Below are positions 50,057-59,652 of a DNA stretch of 64,000 nt, piece after piece. Positions within the stretch are counted from its first letter, which is position 1. Every line of letters starts with the position of its first letter. This DNA is from Alphaproteobacteria bacterium (GTDB taxonomy: Bacteria; Pseudomonadota; Alphaproteobacteria; UBA6615): NCBI GenBank assembly GCA_011087645.1, contig JAALLF010000004.1, positions 76,987 through 140,986 on the forward strand. The letters are read 5' to 3'. The translations under genes were made by a program, and so were the position numbers. The notes beneath the pieces were generated by a model. That model worked only from the letters and a program-made list of their open reading frames with translations, made no database searches and was not told where the DNA came from.

Positions 50057-50853
50057 TAGTCGACGCTATTGAAGATGCGGGAAAACCGCGTCGCCGCCGG
50101 CCATCGCCAGGGCTGGAACCAGCCGGCTCGCCCGTCGGTCGAAAAGAATAGAATTTCGGCGCGGCCGACGAGATTTTCGGCCGGCACAAATCCCCAACTG
50201 CGGCTGTCGTTACTATCGTCGCGGTTATCGCCCATGGCGAAATATTGTCCCTCGGGAACGATAAATTCACGGGTATTGTCGACCGGGCCATTGTCGCCAA
50301 GCGATTCCCTAACCGTATAGCTGGGGCCGTTCGGCAAGGTCTCGGTGTATTGCGCGATACGCCGGGTCCTGCCGCGGCTGTCGCGCGTGACAAAATCTTC
50401 CATGCGGTTCTTGTCGACGGCCTCGCCATTGATGTGCAGCACGCCACCAATCATCTGTACGCGATCGCCGGACACGCCGACGATGCGTTTGATGAAATCG
50501 TCTTGATTGCTCGGCGGTTGCCGAAATACAGCAACATCGCCGCGCTTTGGCGCTTTGCTCAGGATACGTCCGGAGAAAAATCCAAAATCCAGCGGCAGCG
50601 CATAGCGGCTATAACCATAGGAAAATTTCGAGACGAAAAGATAATCGCCGACCAGAAGCGTCGGTATCATCGACCCCGACGGAATATTGAACGGCTGGTA
50701 GGCCACGGTGCGAATGAAAAAAGCGATCAGCAGAGCATAAATAATGGTGCGAAGGGTCTCGCCCCAGCCACCTTCGTTTTTTTTCTTTTTTTCTTCGGTG
50801 TCTGCCATGCTCTCGTCTTTGTTGGCCATTGCCAGGAGACCGATCAGCCTCAT
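50056..50853 (-). CDS. lepB: Signal peptidase I
   Basis: SPase I boxes (PSGSMIPTL, GDNRDDSNDSRSWGFVP). The true start may be an internal Met (MANKDE or MADTEEKK). Confidence 0.88.
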   Translation of the reverse strand: MRLIGLLAMANKDESMADTEEKKKKNEGGWGETLRTIIYALLIAFFIRTVAYQPFNIPSGSMIPTLLVGDYLFVSKFSYGYSRYALPLDFGFFSGRILSKAPKRGDVAVFRQPPSNQDDFIKRIVGVSGDRVQMIGGVLHINGEAVDKNRMEDFVTRDSRGRTRRIAQYTETLPNGPSYTVRESLGDNGPVDNTREFIVPEGQYFAMGDNRDDSNDSRSWGFVPAENLVGRAEILFFSTDGRAGWFQPWRWPAATRFSRIFNSVD

Positions 50854-50925
50854 TCGATTTGCCGTGCCGCGGGCTTTCTAACCAGCCGCGCCGGAAATCA
50901 CCAGTCGTGAATGGGCAATTCCCAA

Positions 50926-51354
50926 TCAGTCTTTCATGTCAGAGACGTCGCCATCGGTGTCCGGCACCGCGGTAATAATGACGATTGCTTGCGCAATGGG
51001 CCGCTCATCGGTCAACGATAAGTCGATCATCGGTTTCATGCCCGGCGGGGTAATTTCCGCCAACCGCTGCGCCGCACCGCCGGTCAAGGACAAGGTCGGC
51101 TTGCCAGACGGCAGGTTTATTACCCCCATATCGCGCCAAAATACACCACGCCGAAATCCGGTGCCTAGCGCTTTGGAACAGGCTTCCTTTGCCGCATACC
51201 GCTTGGCATAGCTATCGGCGCGGTTGGCGCGGCGGTCGGATTTGGTGCGTTCGACGTCGGTAAAACAGCGCTGGACAAAGCGGTCGCCAAAACGTTCGAG
51301 CGTCCGCTCGATGCGGGTGATGTCGATGAGGTCACTGCCAATCCCAATAATCAT
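50926..51354 (-). CDS. acpS: Holo-ACP synthase
   Basis: [16 protein letters not shown]...[11 protein letters not shown] motifs. Confidence 0.88.
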   Translation of the reverse strand: MIIGIGSDLIDITRIERTLERFGDRFVQRCFTDVERTKSDRRANRADSYAKRYAAKEACSKALGTGFRRGVFWRDMGVINLPSGKPTLSLTGGAAQRLAEITPPGMKPMIDLSLTDERPIAQAIVIITAVPDTDGDVSDMKD

Positions 51355-52118
51355 GCGCTGGCACTACCCGCGGCGTCCGCCCGCGCCTTATCCATCAGCG
51401 AGCGCATGCGGATGATCGCGCTTTCCAGACCGCCAAAAATTGCCTCGCCGATTAGAAAATGACCGATATTCAATTCGACGATTTCGGCGATCGCCGCGAC
51501 CGGCCCCACGGTGTCGAAGGTCAAGCCGTGCCCGGCATGGATTTCCAGCCCAATTTCCGCACCATATCGCGAGGCTTCTGTAATTCGCGCCAACTCTTGG
51601 TCCGCCAGCCGATCATCGCCAGCGATGACCGCCTCACAATAGGCGCCGGTATGTAATTCGACCGCTGGCGCACCGATAGAGCGCGACGCGTCTAATTGGC
51701 GCGGGTCCGGTTCGATGAACATCGATACGATGACCCGGCTGCTACTGAGCGCCTCCACAAAACGGGTCAAATGGTTATGACCTGCCGCAACGTCCAGTCC
51801 CCCTTCGGTGGTTCGCTCCTCGCGTTTCTCGGGAACGATGCACACGGTTTCCGGGCAATGACGCAGCGCGATATCGAGCATCTCGTCAGTCGCCGCCATC
51901 TCTAAAGTCAGCGGCAAGTCGAGGGCTTCCATCAGGCGGATTAAGTCGTTGTCGCCGATATGACGGCGATCTTCGCGCAGATGCGCCACGATACTGTCAG
52001 CGCCGGCTTGGGCAGCGGCACGCGCGGCGCGAACCGGATCGGGATGGCCGCCACCGCGCGCATTGCGGATCGTCGCGACATGATCGATGTTCACCCCAAG
52101 GCGCAGATCACTACTCAT
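51351..52118 (-). CDS. pdxJ: Pyridoxine 5'-phosphate synthase
   Basis: [16 protein letters not shown]...HLREDRRHI motifs; start trimmed to MSSDLRLG. Confidence 0.9.
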   Translation of the reverse strand: MSSDLRLGVNIDHVATIRNARGGGHPDPVRAARAAAQAGADSIVAHLREDRRHIGDNDLIRLMEALDLPLTLEMAATDEMLDIALRHCPETVCIVPEKREERTTEGGLDVAAGHNHLTRFVEALSSSRVIVSMFIEPDPRQLDASRSIGAPAVELHTGAYCEAVIAGDDRLADQELARITEASRYGAEIGLEIHAGHGLTFDTVGPVAAIAEIVELNIGHFLIGEAIFGGLESAIIRMRSLMDKARADAAGSASA

Positions 52119-52153
52119 GGTAAAATTCCTCAACCACCCACATTGTAAACTGC

Positions 52154-54370
52154 CTAACTACGCGCCCGATCGACCGAACTCACCGACCGGCCGGCGCGCA
52201 AGGCGGTCATAACATCATTGAGATGTTTATTGTTATCGACTTCGATGTCGACGGTCATATCGAAGAAGTCGGGGTTTCGGTTGGTGAATTTAAGATTGGA
52301 GATATTGCCGCCCGCTTGTGCGATCGTATTGGCGAGTTCGCCCAAGCTACCAGGCGCATTTGCCAGGGTGACATTTAACCGGCTGACCTGCTTGGCGGCG
52401 TCTTCATCGTCAACATCCCACGATACGTCGACCCAGCGTTCGGGGCTTTCAGCAAATGCCTCGAGCGTCATGCAGTCGATGGTATGGACGGTAACGCCCT
52501 TGCCGGTCGTTGCCACGCCGACGATGCGGTCGCCAGGAAGCGGATAACAGCACTTCGCCAGATGCACGGCCATGCCGGGGATTAGCCCATTGATCGGCAC
52601 CGAATGCTCGCTCGCCTTGCTGGAATTGCGACGTGAGCGGCGCAACGAAAAAATTGAACCGCTGGCTTGGCGCCCGCCATTGCCCGCCTTGTCGGGAAAC
52701 AAGATGCGCATAACCGCGCGGCCAGTATGGACCCCCTGCCCGACCAGGGCGTAGAGGTCTTCGACCGACTCCGCGTGGAACTCGCTCAGGACACCGGCAA
52801 GTTTATCCTCATCGAGGGCCTCATCATGGCGCAGAAAGGCTTTCTCGATAATGCCGCGCCCCAATTCCGCATATTGCTCCAATTGCTGGTGACGCAAAAC
52901 CCGCCGGATGCGCGCCCGCGCCTTTCCGGTGACCACCAACTGCTCCCAGTTCGGCGAAGGGGTTTGGTTTTCCGACGTTAGGATCTCCACCTGATCGCCG
53001 TTTTGCAATTGGGTGCGCAAGGGCATATCGCGCCCGTTGATCTTCGCACCAACACAATGGTCACCGACTTCGGTATGGACCGCGTAGGCAAAGTCGATCG
53101 GGGTCGCGCCGCGAGGCAGCGCATAGACCTCGCCCTTCGGCGAAAATCCGAACACCTGATCGGAGAACATCTCCAGCTTGGTATGTTCGAGAAAATCCTC
53201 CGGACCCGCCGCGTCATCCAGGATATCCAACAATTCCTGCAGCCACCGATACTGCTTGCCATCGGCGATGCCCGCCGTCGATATCGGCCCGGCGCCGGAA
53301 TCGCTATAGCGCCAATGGGCCGCGACCCCGCGTTCAGCGATATCGTGCATCTTGTCGGTTCGGATTTGGACTTCGATGCGGTGTTTTTCTGGCCCCAGAA
53401 CGCCGGTATGCAAGGACTGATAGCCGTTCGGCTTGGGGTTCGAGAGATAATCGCGAAAGCGGCCCGGCACCACGCGATATTGGCCGTGAATGATACCCAG
53501 GGTGCGATAACAATCCAGCACCTCATCGACCACAATGCGGAAAGCCATGATGTCGGAAAGCTGCTCGAACTCAACCTGCTGCCGCTGCATCTTGCGCCAG
53601 ATCGAATAGGGCGACTTTTCCCGGCCTGAGACCGTCGCCGCAATCCCCTCGTCGGTCATAACCCGGTTTAGTTCAGCAATAATCCGCTCGACCAGATTAC
53701 CACCTTCCTCGCGTAAAAATGTCAGCCGGCGCAGAATGGAGTCCCGCGCGTCGGGGTTCAGTTCGGCGAAAGCCAGGTCTTCCAGCTCGTCCTTGATATC
53801 GTGCATGCCGATCCGCGCGGCGAGCGGCGCGTAGATGTCCATGGTTTCACGAGCAATACGCCGGCGGCGCTCTGGCTTATCGACATGCTGGATCGTGCGC
53901 ATATTGTGCAACCGGTCCGCCAGCTTAACCAGCAGCACCCGAATATCGCGGCTGGTGGCCAACACGAATTTCCTAAAATTCTCCGCCTGCTTGGCCTTGT
54001 TCGACTGCAGTTCCAGACGGGTCAGCTTGGTGACCCCATCGACCAATTGGGCGATTTCATCGCCAAATATTTCGCGGATATCGGATTCCGTCGTCTCGGT
54101 GTCCTCAAGCGTATCGTGCAGCAGCGCGGTCACGATCGAGGCCCCGTCGAGGCGGTAATTGGTCAGAATGTCGGCAACTTCGAGCGGATGAGAGAAATAC
54201 AGCGCGCCGGAATCGCGGGTCTGGCTGCCATGCGCCTGCTTGGAAAAGTCATAGGCGCGATTGAGGATCGCTTCATCGAACTTGGGGTCGTACGCTTTGA
54301 CCCTGTCTACCAGTTCAGCTTGCCCGACCATTGTGCGTCTGGTCCTATCTCCGTTCGCGTCCTCAGACAA
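52154..54370 (-). CDS. rsh: Bifunctional (p)ppGpp synthetase/hydrolase (Rsh/SpoT)
   Basis: HD domain (HPLEVADIL...LHDTLEDT), synthetase domain, and TGS and ACT domains; the start may be the internal MVGQAELVDRV. Confidence 0.9.
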   Translation of the reverse strand: MSEDANGDRTRRTMVGQAELVDRVKAYDPKFDEAILNRAYDFSKQAHGSQTRDSGALYFSHPLEVADILTNYRLDGASIVTALLHDTLEDTETTESDIREIFGDEIAQLVDGVTKLTRLELQSNKAKQAENFRKFVLATSRDIRVLLVKLADRLHNMRTIQHVDKPERRRRIARETMDIYAPLAARIGMHDIKDELEDLAFAELNPDARDSILRRLTFLREEGGNLVERIIAELNRVMTDEGIAATVSGREKSPYSIWRKMQRQQVEFEQLSDIMAFRIVVDEVLDCYRTLGIIHGQYRVVPGRFRDYLSNPKPNGYQSLHTGVLGPEKHRIEVQIRTDKMHDIAERGVAAHWRYSDSGAGPISTAGIADGKQYRWLQELLDILDDAAGPEDFLEHTKLEMFSDQVFGFSPKGEVYALPRGATPIDFAYAVHTEVGDHCVGAKINGRDMPLRTQLQNGDQVEILTSENQTPSPNWEQLVVTGKARARIRRVLRHQQLEQYAELGRGIIEKAFLRHDEALDEDKLAGVLSEFHAESVEDLYALVGQGVHTGRAVMRILFPDKAGNGGRQASGSIFSLRRSRRNSSKASEHSVPINGLIPGMAVHLAKCCYPLPGDRIVGVATTGKGVTVHTIDCMTLEAFAESPERWVDVSWDVDDEDAAKQVSRLNVTLANAPGSLGELANTIAQAGGNISNLKFTNRNPDFFDMTVDIEVDNNKHLNDVMTALRAGRSVSSVDRARS

Positions 54371-54455
54371 AAACGCCTGGGCTCACCTTAGCGCGCCCAG
54401 GCTCACAATCCCTCAATTTAACACGACGGTCACCAAAGACGCGACAAATGTGTTG

Positions 54456-54863
54456 TCAGTCCACTTCCTCGGCACCGGCGACATCGTCGAAATGCATCTC
54501 GGGAACGTCCGAGGCACTTTCAATCTGGCTGCTCTCCTCGTCGACCGGTGTGCCTTGATCAACGCCGGCCACATGGGAATCGGATTCGAGCAATTCGACG
54601 ATTTCCTCGCCCTCTTCTTCTTCGGGCAGGTCGAATTCCACATGACGCTGTTGGCTCTGCACCAGCGAATCGCGCAATTCTTCAATTTGAACCGTCTCGT
54701 CGGCGATTTCGCGCAACGCGATGACTGGGTTCTTATCGTTGTCGGGTTCAACCGTCAGGGGCGCCCCGGCCAGAATTTCGCGCGCACGCTGCGCCGAGAG
54801 CATGACCAGCTCGAACCGGTTGGGAACTTTTTCAACGCAATCTTCTACGGTTACCCGCGCCAT
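54456..54863 (-). CDS. rpoZ: DNA-directed RNA polymerase subunit omega with acidic C-terminal extension
   Basis: [30 protein letters not shown] signature. Confidence 0.9.
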   Translation of the reverse strand: MARVTVEDCVEKVPNRFELVMLSAQRAREILAGAPLTVEPDNDKNPVIALREIADETVQIEELRDSLVQSQQRHVEFDLPEEEEGEEIVELLESDSHVAGVDQGTPVDEESSQIESASDVPEMHFDDVAGAEEVD

Positions 54864-54950
54864 TTAAGGGATCTCCAAGTCAGAATATTGAAATTTTCTC
54901 GTATATAAGGCGAAAACGACTGTCTGCCAACAGGTTATGACGATTTTGGG

Positions 54951-55463
54951 TTAACAATCGGGCTCCGCGCATCGCCGCACGAGGGTGTCATCAAGGACCG
55001 CCGCCAGATCCTGGGCGCTCTTGTCCAATTGCGGATGGCGCCAGAGTGGGTCGATATCGCATATCGGGCGCAATACGAAAGCCCGTTCGGCCAGCCGGGG
55101 ATGGGGTAAAATCGGCGATGCATCGCGCCGAATCAAATCGCCATAGGCGAGCAAATCCAGATCGATTTCGCGCGCGGCGTTGGTGACCGTACGCTGGCGG
55201 CCGAACTCAAGCTCGATGTGGTGCAACAACCCCAAAAGGTCTTCCGGCGACAAGCCAGTCTCGACGGCGGCGACGCCGTTCACATAGTCCGGCTGGTCGG
55301 ACGCCGGAACCGCGGCCGAACGATACCAACGCGACAGCTTTACCAGGCGAACACTGCGGTTTTCCAGCGCGTCTAACGCGGCTTGCAGTGTTTGTTTTGG
55401 CGGACCGAACCGCTTACTCGGTAGGTTAGCGCCCAGACCGATCAGGATCATATTTTGGCTCAT
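54951..55463 (-). CDS. folK: 2-amino-4-hydroxy-6-hydroxymethyldihydropteridine diphosphokinase
   Basis: HPPK motifs (IGLGANLPS...REIDLDLLAYGD). Confidence 0.88.
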   Translation of the reverse strand: MSQNMILIGLGANLPSKRFGPPKQTLQAALDALENRSVRLVKLSRWYRSAAVPASDQPDYVNGVAAVETGLSPEDLLGLLHHIELEFGRQRTVTNAAREIDLDLLAYGDLIRRDASPILPHPRLAERAFVLRPICDIDPLWRHPQLDKSAQDLAAVLDDTLVRRCAEPDC

Positions 55464-55618
55464 GACGCCCCATGGTCTATTCCAATAAGTAAGGCAATAG
55501 ACAACAACCGGCGGGCGCGCTAATTATTTATGGATTTAGTCGTATCACGACACCTTACCGCGACCCTGATATTAGCACTCTTATTTCAGAAATATTATTA
55601 AGTAAGGATGATAACCCT

Positions 55619-56251
55619 ATGTTTTCTAATAATAAACGGATTGCCGTCTTCATCGACGGCGCCAATCTTTACGCCACGGCGAAGGCGCTCGATTTCGATA
55701 TCGATTACAAAAAACTACTCTCGATGTTCAAATCCAAAGCGATCTTGGTGCGCGCCTACTACTACACAGTTCTGATCGAGGACCAGGAATATTCGCCGAT
55801 CCGGCCGTTGGTCGATTGGCTCGATTACAACGGCTATACGCTGATTACCAAACCAGCGAAGGAATCTACCGATTCCACAGGCCGCCGGCGCATTCGCAAT
55901 TCGATCGACGTGGAACTCGCCGTCGACGTTATGGAGATTGCCGGCAAGGTGGACCATATCGTCCTAATGAGCGGCGACGGCGGCTATCGTCGCTTGATCG
56001 AAGCTGCCCAACGTCTGGGAACCCAGGTCACCGTCATCAGCACGGTGTCGGTGAGCCCGCCCCTAGCGGCCGATGAAATACGGCGTCAAGCCGACAATTT
56101 TGTCGATCTGGCTAGTCTGCGCGGCGAAATTTCGCGGCAACACAGTAGCGCCCGCCCGGCGCAAAACGACGATAATTACGACGACGAAGACGATTATGAC
56201 GATGACTATGATGACGAGTATGACGACGACGAAGCGGCTGAGACGGCCTGA
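55619..56251 (+). CDS. NYN-domain (LabA-like) protein with poly-acidic DY-repeat C-terminal tail
   Basis: IAVFIDGANLYATAKAL...IVLMSGDGGYRRLIEAAQRLG, typical of NYN/LabA; the tail reads NDDNYDDEDDYDDDYDDEYDDDE. Confidence 0.75.
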   Translation: MFSNNKRIAVFIDGANLYATAKALDFDIDYKKLLSMFKSKAILVRAYYYTVLIEDQEYSPIRPLVDWLDYNGYTLITKPAKESTDSTGRRRIRNSIDVELAVDVMEIAGKVDHIVLMSGDGGYRRLIEAAQRLGTQVTVISTVSVSPPLAADEIRRQADNFVDLASLRGEISRQHSSARPAQNDDNYDDEDDYDDDYDDEYDDDEAAETA

Positions 56252-56253
56252 CG

Positions 56254-56904
56254 GTGGCGCATCAGCCCGAACATGATTGCGCCTTGTGCCCGCGTCTGGT
56301 CGAGTTTCGCGCTCAAAATCAGGCGAAATTTCCTGAATTTCACAACGGTCCGGTCGAAAGCTTTGGCGATCTCGACGCCCCACTATTGATCGTCGGCCTG
56401 GCGCCGGGCCTTAAAGGCGCCAACCAAACCGGCCGGCCGTTCACCGGTGACTATGCCGGTGATCTGCTCTACGCGACCTTGCTGAAATTTGGCTTCGCCG
56501 AGGGCCGGTATGGCGCCCACCCGGAAGATGGATTGTGCCTTGTCGGCTGCCGGGTGACCAATGCGGTACGCTGCGTGCCGCCGGAAAACAAACCGGTCGG
56601 CGCCGAAGTCGCCGCGTGCCGGCCTTTTCTGCAAAACGAGATCGCCGCGATGGCCAATCTGCGCGTCGTCGTGGCGCTTGGCGGCCTCGCCCATAACGCG
56701 TTTTTGGCGACATTGGGGGCTCGCAAGGCCGCCTATCCTTTCGGCCATTGCGCGGTTCATGAGGTATCGGCTGGCGACAGGGCTCTAACGCTCACCGACA
56801 GCTACCACTGCTCGCGCTACAACACCAACACAGGCCGGTTGACGACCGAGATGTTCGAAACCGTCTTTCGAACGGTCAGTACCCAGTTGGCGGATCTGGC
56901 TTAA
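56254..56904 (+). CDS. Uracil-DNA glycosylase superfamily protein (family 4/5-like)
   Basis: CALCPRLVEFR...LLIVGLAPGLKGANQTGRPFTG motif region and a C-terminal HxSxxN-like motif (YHCSRYNTNTG). Confidence 0.85.
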   Translation: MAHQPEHDCALCPRLVEFRAQNQAKFPEFHNGPVESFGDLDAPLLIVGLAPGLKGANQTGRPFTGDYAGDLLYATLLKFGFAEGRYGAHPEDGLCLVGCRVTNAVRCVPPENKPVGAEVAACRPFLQNEIAAMANLRVVVALGGLAHNAFLATLGARKAAYPFGHCAVHEVSAGDRALTLTDSYHCSRYNTNTGRLTTEMFETVFRTVSTQLADLA

Positions 56905-57881
56905 GCCGGGATCACTTCCTGATCAATGGCGCCGAAAACCGACTGATTGTTGGCGTCGAACATTTCGATGGTCGTCCGGTCGCCATACTGCATGAACGAG
57001 GTTTTCTGTTTCCCCTCGTCGATCTGCTGAACGATCCGAAGCTCGGCCAGACAGGCAACGCCCGTACCGGGGTCACGGTTCGAGATCGCCCCCGAACCAA
57101 TCAGCGTGCCGGCGCAAAGCGGCCGAGTCATCGCGGCATGGGAAATCAATTGGGTGAAATCAAAATCCATATCAACACCGCAGTTGGGCATGCCGATCGG
57201 CGCTTGGTTGAGCTTGACCAGCATATCCAGATGAACCTTTCGGCCGTCCCAGGCGGAACCTAGTTCATCGGGCGTCACCGCGACGGGCGACAGCGACGAA
57301 CGCGGTTTGCCATGAAAATAGCCGAGGCCCGAATTAAGCTCCTCGGGAATAAGCGTGCGCAGGCTGACATCGTTGATCAAGACGAACAGCTTGATGTATT
57401 GCGCCGCCGCATCGGATGATACGCCCATGGGCACGTCATCGACGATCACGCCGACTTCGGCTTCCATGTCGATACCTAATTCCGGGTCCGCCACCGGGAT
57501 AGCGCCGGTCGGCCGCAGAAAACCGTCACTGACCGCCTGATACATCAGCGGATCTTCGCGCAGCTTGGGTGTCAATTGGGCGCCTCGGGCCTTACGAAAG
57601 AGCTCGACATGGTTGAGATAGGCGCTGCCGTCGATAAATTGATAGGTCCGCGGCAGCGGCGATTCCAGCGCTTCGGGGTCGTAATCGCGAATGCCATCGG
57701 CCGTGCCGGCATTAACCGCGTCGAACAGTTGTTCCAGGCGCGGCACCGCATCGTTCCATTTTTCGAGCGCGATCTGCAGTGTACGCGCCACCGCCGAAGC
57801 TGGCGCCATCTTGCTCAAATCGTGCGAAACGACGGCAAGGGTACCGTCTCGGCTGCCGTCCTTTAGAGTCGCCAGTTTCAT
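56901..57881 (-). CDS. Fumarylacetoacetate hydrolase (FAH) family protein
   Basis: FAH-fold metal-binding region (EAEVGVIVDD...LFVLINDVSLR) at 326 aa; this is the short FAH family, not the roughly 430 aa fumarylacetoacetase. Confidence 0.78.
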   Translation of the reverse strand: MKLATLKDGSRDGTLAVVSHDLSKMAPASAVARTLQIALEKWNDAVPRLEQLFDAVNAGTADGIRDYDPEALESPLPRTYQFIDGSAYLNHVELFRKARGAQLTPKLREDPLMYQAVSDGFLRPTGAIPVADPELGIDMEAEVGVIVDDVPMGVSSDAAAQYIKLFVLINDVSLRTLIPEELNSGLGYFHGKPRSSLSPVAVTPDELGSAWDGRKVHLDMLVKLNQAPIGMPNCGVDMDFDFTQLISHAAMTRPLCAGTLIGSGAISNRDPGTGVACLAELRIVQQIDEGKQKTSFMQYGDRTTIEMFDANNQSVFGAIDQEVIPA

Positions 57882-57889
57882 AAAAATTC

Positions 57890-57970
57890 CTAACCTACTG
57901 TAAATAAGCTATTTTTTACGTGCGCTGGCACTCTTAAGATGTATGCCTGTAGGTAACCTACTCACAAATA
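57890..57970. repeat. Direct repeat TAACCTACT(N1-2)AAATA (57890..57905 and 57954..57970) plus palindrome GTAGGTaACCTAC (57949..57961) in the hppD-FAH intergenic region
   Basis: Seen directly in the sequence; about 64 bp spacing. Confidence 0.3.
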
Positions 57971-57971
57971 G

Positions 57972-59075
57972 TTAGTCGGGGTTTAACACGCCGCGACGAA
58001 TTTGGTCCTCCTCGATGGCCTCGAAAAGAGCCCGGAAATTGCCTTCGCCGAAGCCGTCATTGCCCTCACGCTTGATGAGTTCGAAGAAAATTGGGCCGAT
58101 CACCGTGTCGGTGAATATTTGCAACAACAGCCCCTGGCCCTCGGTGGGCGCCCCATCGACCAAAATCCGGCTGCGACGCAAACGCTCGACATCCTGGCCA
58201 TGCCCCGGAAGACGCTCATCCAGCTTATCGTAATAGGTGTCGGGCGTGTCGAGAAAGGACACCCCGCGTTCGGCCAGAGTTTCGACAGTGGCGAAAATAT
58301 CATCGGTGCCCAGGGCGATGTGCTGAATACCTTCGCCGTGATACTCGTTCAAGAATTCCGCAATCTGGCTTTTGTCGTCCGATGATTCATTGATCGGGAT
58401 GCGAATTTTGCCATCGGGACTTGTCATGGCCCGGGACACCAGACCGGTCATCTTGCCTTCAATATCGAAATAGCGAATTTCGCGGAAGTTGAAGATACCC
58501 TCATAAAAGCCCGACCACATGTCCATATTGCCCTGATACACATTGTGGGTCAGATGATCGATATAGGTCAGACCGACATCGCGGGTATCGGTGTCGGCTC
58601 CCTTGATCGGCACAAAATCAACATCGTAGATCGAACCTTTATCGCCATAACGATCCACCAAATAGAGCCGGCTATGTCCAATGCCTTGGATGGCGGGAAT
58701 ATTGAGCTCCATCGGCCCCACATGATTGGGGACCGCGGTCGCGCCACGCTCGAGCGCGAGTTCATAAGCGCGGGCCGCATCGTCGACACGAAAGGCCATG
58801 GCGCAGGCGCTGGGTCCATGCTGCTTGGCGAAATTCGCCGCAAAACTGCCGGGTTCGTTATTGAGGATAAAATTGACGGTCCCTTGCCGATAGAGAACAA
58901 CATCCTTTGAACGGTGGCGGGCCACCGCCGTGAAGCCCATCAATTCGAAGACCGCGCCGAGCTTTTCCGGTTCTGTCGAACAATATTCGACAAATTCAAA
59001 ACCGTCGGTTCCCAGCGGGTTCTCCCAGATGTCCTGGCCGCTCTCGGGCTGATCCGTGTCGCGTTTTTTTGCCAT
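57972..59075 (-). CDS. hppD: 4-hydroxyphenylpyruvate dioxygenase
   Basis: Two VOC modules with HPPD C-terminal motifs (GNFRALFEAIEEDQIRRG; QHIALGTDDIF). The likely start is MAKKRDT (ATG at 59075). Confidence 0.88.
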   Translation of the reverse strand: MAKKRDTDQPESGQDIWENPLGTDGFEFVEYCSTEPEKLGAVFELMGFTAVARHRSKDVVLYRQGTVNFILNNEPGSFAANFAKQHGPSACAMAFRVDDAARAYELALERGATAVPNHVGPMELNIPAIQGIGHSRLYLVDRYGDKGSIYDVDFVPIKGADTDTRDVGLTYIDHLTHNVYQGNMDMWSGFYEGIFNFREIRYFDIEGKMTGLVSRAMTSPDGKIRIPINESSDDKSQIAEFLNEYHGEGIQHIALGTDDIFATVETLAERGVSFLDTPDTYYDKLDERLPGHGQDVERLRRSRILVDGAPTEGQGLLLQIFTDTVIGPIFFELIKREGNDGFGEGNFRALFEAIEEDQIRRGVLNPD

Positions 59076-59125
59076 CGAGGTCTCCATCGTTGTCCGGTTG
59101 ACCTGCCGCCGTGCTGGCTTTAATT

Positions 59126-59145
59126 TTAGTTTCATATGAAACTAA
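59126..59145. promoter_or_regulatory. Perfect 20-bp palindrome TTAGTTTCATATGAAACTAA in the divergent hppD/marR promoter region (candidate MarR operator)
   Basis: Perfect dyad seen directly, centred at 59135/59136. Confidence 0.55.
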
Positions 59146-59159
59146 TTCAAGGGCGTTTA

Positions 59160-59651
59160 ATGAACGCTAAAAATAACAAGTCCAAAGGATCCCGTTCACA
59201 ATTGATGCTTGAGCAGTTTTTGCCCTACCGGCTATCGATACTGTCGAACACGGTGAGCGACACAATTGCTCGCGAATATCGCGATTTATTCGGCTTGAGC
59301 GTGCCCGAATGGCGGGTCATGGCAGTATTGGGCCGCTTCGGCCCGCTCACCGCCAGCGAGGCTTGCGAGCGAACGGCGATGGACAAAGTCACGGTTAGCC
59401 GCGCGGCCGCCCGTTTGATCGACCGAACGATGATCAAACGCGAATCCGATCCGCAGGATAGACGCCGCTCGATCCTAAAACTGACGTCGCGGGGAACTCG
59501 CACCCATCAACAAATCGTTCCTATTGCCCAAGACCGTGAATCTGAGCTTGCCGCCGTACTCACAAAGAGCGAACGTCGAGACCTTGATATACTTCTGGCA
59601 AAACTTCAGCGGCGCGCTACCGAGATCGCCGATCAGGAAAGGACAGCGTGA
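59160..59651 (+). CDS. MarR-family transcriptional regulator (divergent from hppD)
   Basis: Winged HTH (PEWRVMAVLGRFGPLTASEACERTAMDKVTVSRAAARLIDRTMIKRESDPQDRRRSILKLTSRG). The ORF-track ATG at 59136 lies inside the palindrome, so ATG 59160 (MNAKNNK) is more likely. Confidence 0.78.
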   Translation: MNAKNNKSKGSRSQLMLEQFLPYRLSILSNTVSDTIAREYRDLFGLSVPEWRVMAVLGRFGPLTASEACERTAMDKVTVSRAAARLIDRTMIKRESDPQDRRRSILKLTSRGTRTHQQIVPIAQDRESELAAVLTKSERRDLDILLAKLQRRATEIADQERTA

Positions 59652-59652
59652 C

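Noticed and set aside
52978-53643. Alternative-frame ORFs (221 aa minus, 208 aa plus) within rsh/spoT
   Set aside because: They overlap a conserved multi-domain Rsh protein in other frames; Arg/Ser-rich nonsense composition.
59136-59159. ORF-track start codon for the MarR gene at 59136
   Set aside because: This ATG is the centre of the 20-bp palindrome (CATATG) and lacks an RBS; the downstream ATG at 59160 is more plausible.
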